From contig JAYWIR010000006.1 in the NCBI GenBank assembly GCA_036172245.1, positions 3,410,001-3,474,000 of the forward strand: a DNA stretch of 64,000 bases, in the 5' to 3' direction. The translations under genes were made by a program, and so were the position numbers. The stretch is from Raillietiella orientalis. Its lineage: Eukaryota. Below, piece after piece: positions 61,757 through 64,000 of this stretch (within the stretch, counting starts at the first letter, position 1; each line of letters opens with the position of its first letter). The notes beneath the pieces are model-generated. The model had not been told where the DNA came from. It searched no databases and was given only the letters and a program-made list of their open reading frames with translations.

Positions 61757-63564
61757 CCTTGCCCGGGAGAACTTCTGCCAGTGTGTTTCTTGAAATCCAG
61801 GTGGGAAGAAAGCATTGCGCTCGCCGGGCAGGTCCAGATGGAGCTGCAGGTGGTTCGGATTTGGCACTGCCGGGCTGACTTCTTGGAACGAGCGGTTCCA
61901 GGTTTTCATCGTCACGTGCTGTTCGGCATGCATGCGCCCTACATTTCGGCAGCCTCAAGCAAATCCCCCCTGAGATTAGCGATTCGCCGCGCCATCTGAT
62001 CGGATCGCGAGCGGTACACAACGGTGTACTTAATCATTCGAGTACACGCTCAATCATTTTCCGGTCGTTCCTGCTATTTGTGCGCAAGGATTCCCGGGGA
62101 AGCGACGCCCGAAACGAGCGCGCTGGCACCTTCCCGAAATGGTGGCGTGGCGTTCGGATTTCGGGACGCCAGGAAGCAGCAGAGGAGCGAGACGCCACCG
62201 GTCGGCGGCCCTTGCGCTCACCATTGAGGAAGCGCCGTGGCGATCGCAGCAGTGATGACATCACGAAAGCGTGTGCCCGGAGGCGCTTCTCGAGTGGTGC
62301 CAAAACGCACCGCAGGCACCTCTCGCGACGAAATTGCCTCCGTTGATTTATCTCTTCGCAGCTGTGCAGATGAGCTTCGAGAAGTTTCGAAAGCTGCAGG
62401 GCGTTTGCATTGACGTTTGATTTTGAGCTTTTTTGCGATTTTTTTTTTTTGTTTTCCGCGTGCATGGTTCGTTCTTTATTTTCCTTGTGGCCCTTGGCTG
62501 CTTTTCACATCTCGTGGGCTGACAGATACTGTTGGCACTCCTGTGTATCGAAACAGATCCGCAATATGCTCTTTTCTTTTACCTGGGCATTCCTCTGAAC
62601 TCTTTTTCCTCTCCCACTTTTCTGCTTCTTCGCCATTTATCATTTTTTCCTCCCGTGAAGAGATATGGCTGCTTCCGTTAGCTGGCACCGTAAATCTTTT
62701 AAGCACTGGAAATCCACAGCTCATCAGACAAATTCCTGTTCTTTCATCTTTGCTTCGAAACATTTTCTTGAGGAGATTACTTCCCGTTTGGCATCCTGGC
62801 TTACCGTCATCACTTTTCCGTGCCTCCGATGGCGCGCTTCTTAGCCCAGACAGATGGCCGCGAGTCAGACGGCGATAGTCACTGTCCACCACTCGACGTG
62901 AAGTTTGTCAATACTACGGGGGCGCAAATATCTCACAATCAGCTGCGAGGCAGCAGCTCGATCCTTTGAGCAGATGAGGCTGAAGATATCATCTTCCATC
63001 TATTATGTACTTTCAGAGGGAAAGGAGGAGGAGGAGGAGAGAGTTGCAATAACATTCCTTAGCCTGGGAAGAGCTTTCACTCCGTGAAGAAAAGGTGTCG
63101 ATTAAGGAGGATTTTCTCATCTCCATCTCCTCGAGTGGCTCCGGAAGACCTCGAGAGTTTTCAGAATGAGACGGTTGGCTGCCATAGCTGTGGGTTTCCT
63201 GGGATTTGTAGGACCACTTGGATGAGTTATGGACGCTCCCGCGTTGCGGCCTGTAACCCTTTCCGCCATCTATGTTCATCATACGCATCTGTTTGAAATG
63301 CACGTTTTCTCCACTCCTGGTTCTTCTTCTTACTTCCGGTCCTTGCTTTGTCCGTAAGGCCGTCGACAAAAAGTTGCGATTCTTTCTGATCTCACGTTAA
63401 GTGACGAGCACACGAGTAATTACAAAATGAATTTATTGCTCCCGATTAAGAGACGAATGAATAGACCGAATCTTCATGTTGGAGTTGGTGCGAATTCCCT
63501 CAGCTCCTCTAAACTCCATCCTCGAAAATGGTGGCGACAGGCGATTTCATTCGATTCGAGACCG

Positions 63565-63620
63565 AGAAGAAAAAAAAGAAAAAAAAAAAAAAAAAGAAAA
63601 GAGAGAGAGAGAGAGAGAGA
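63565..63620. repeat. A-rich run followed by a (GA)n microsatellite
   Basis: Direct reading of the sequence. Confidence 0.9.
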
Positions 63621-64000
63621 CGCCCTCAAAGAGGTACTCGGGAAATGCCTTCCAGGTTTCTTTGAACGGATGCTCGGAGTCGCTCGTGCCATCCGACGAA
63701 TACCTCTGGAAGAAGCACCCAGGAGACAGATGAAGTTCTGGAGCTCCTGCTTGCGTGGTCCTCGTAGGGCCGGCCCAGTTTGTCAGAGCAGGCGTGCAGG
63801 CCGCTGTGTCCAAAGGAGTGGGCAAGCACCAGCGTGGAGAAACCTCCAGGTGATTGCACTGTGCTCGTTTCCATGGCATCGAACAAGCCCTCGACATTCC
63901 CCGGCATCATAGCCGCCCCCTATCTTTTCAGCCGGTGACCATCAAAAAATCCCGGACGCCGAAATCAGGGAAATCAAAAATCCCAGAAGATCATGAAAAG

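Noticed and set aside
62476..63910. Further upstream exons of the host gene, or a hydrolase (AHSFG)
   Set aside because: No helical F-BAR-like sequence with paired splice sites and a compatible phase. The motif is isolated.

Overview
Eukaryotic, most likely arthropod, genomic DNA with no obvious CpG depletion. I saw no prokaryotic operon, CRISPR array or rRNA. Nearly the whole window lies inside one large minus-strand gene. Four exons (60346-60519, 41159-41325, 16071-16182, 3291-3451) splice in frame across GT-AG introns of about 19, 25 and 12.6 kb. They encode an F-BAR tail and coiled coil followed by a KWLKAFKSLK motif. From recalled family features, not a database search, this looks like an arthropod Stac-like (Stacl/Dstac) protein. 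The introns hold about 10 copies of a long tRNA-headed SINE family, and two tandem L1/Tx1-type LINE 3' ends inserted in one SINE copy. They also hold pogo/Tc1-type MITE remnants, a 5'-truncated HSP70 pseudogene, a POLR3C pseudogene fragment, a 106-bp minisatellite, two templated rearrangement scars and several weak decayed coding fragments. Most long ORFs in the supplied track appear spurious. I found no clear novel multi-gene system. The best candidate for something undescribed is the SINE family and the LINE ends nested in it.
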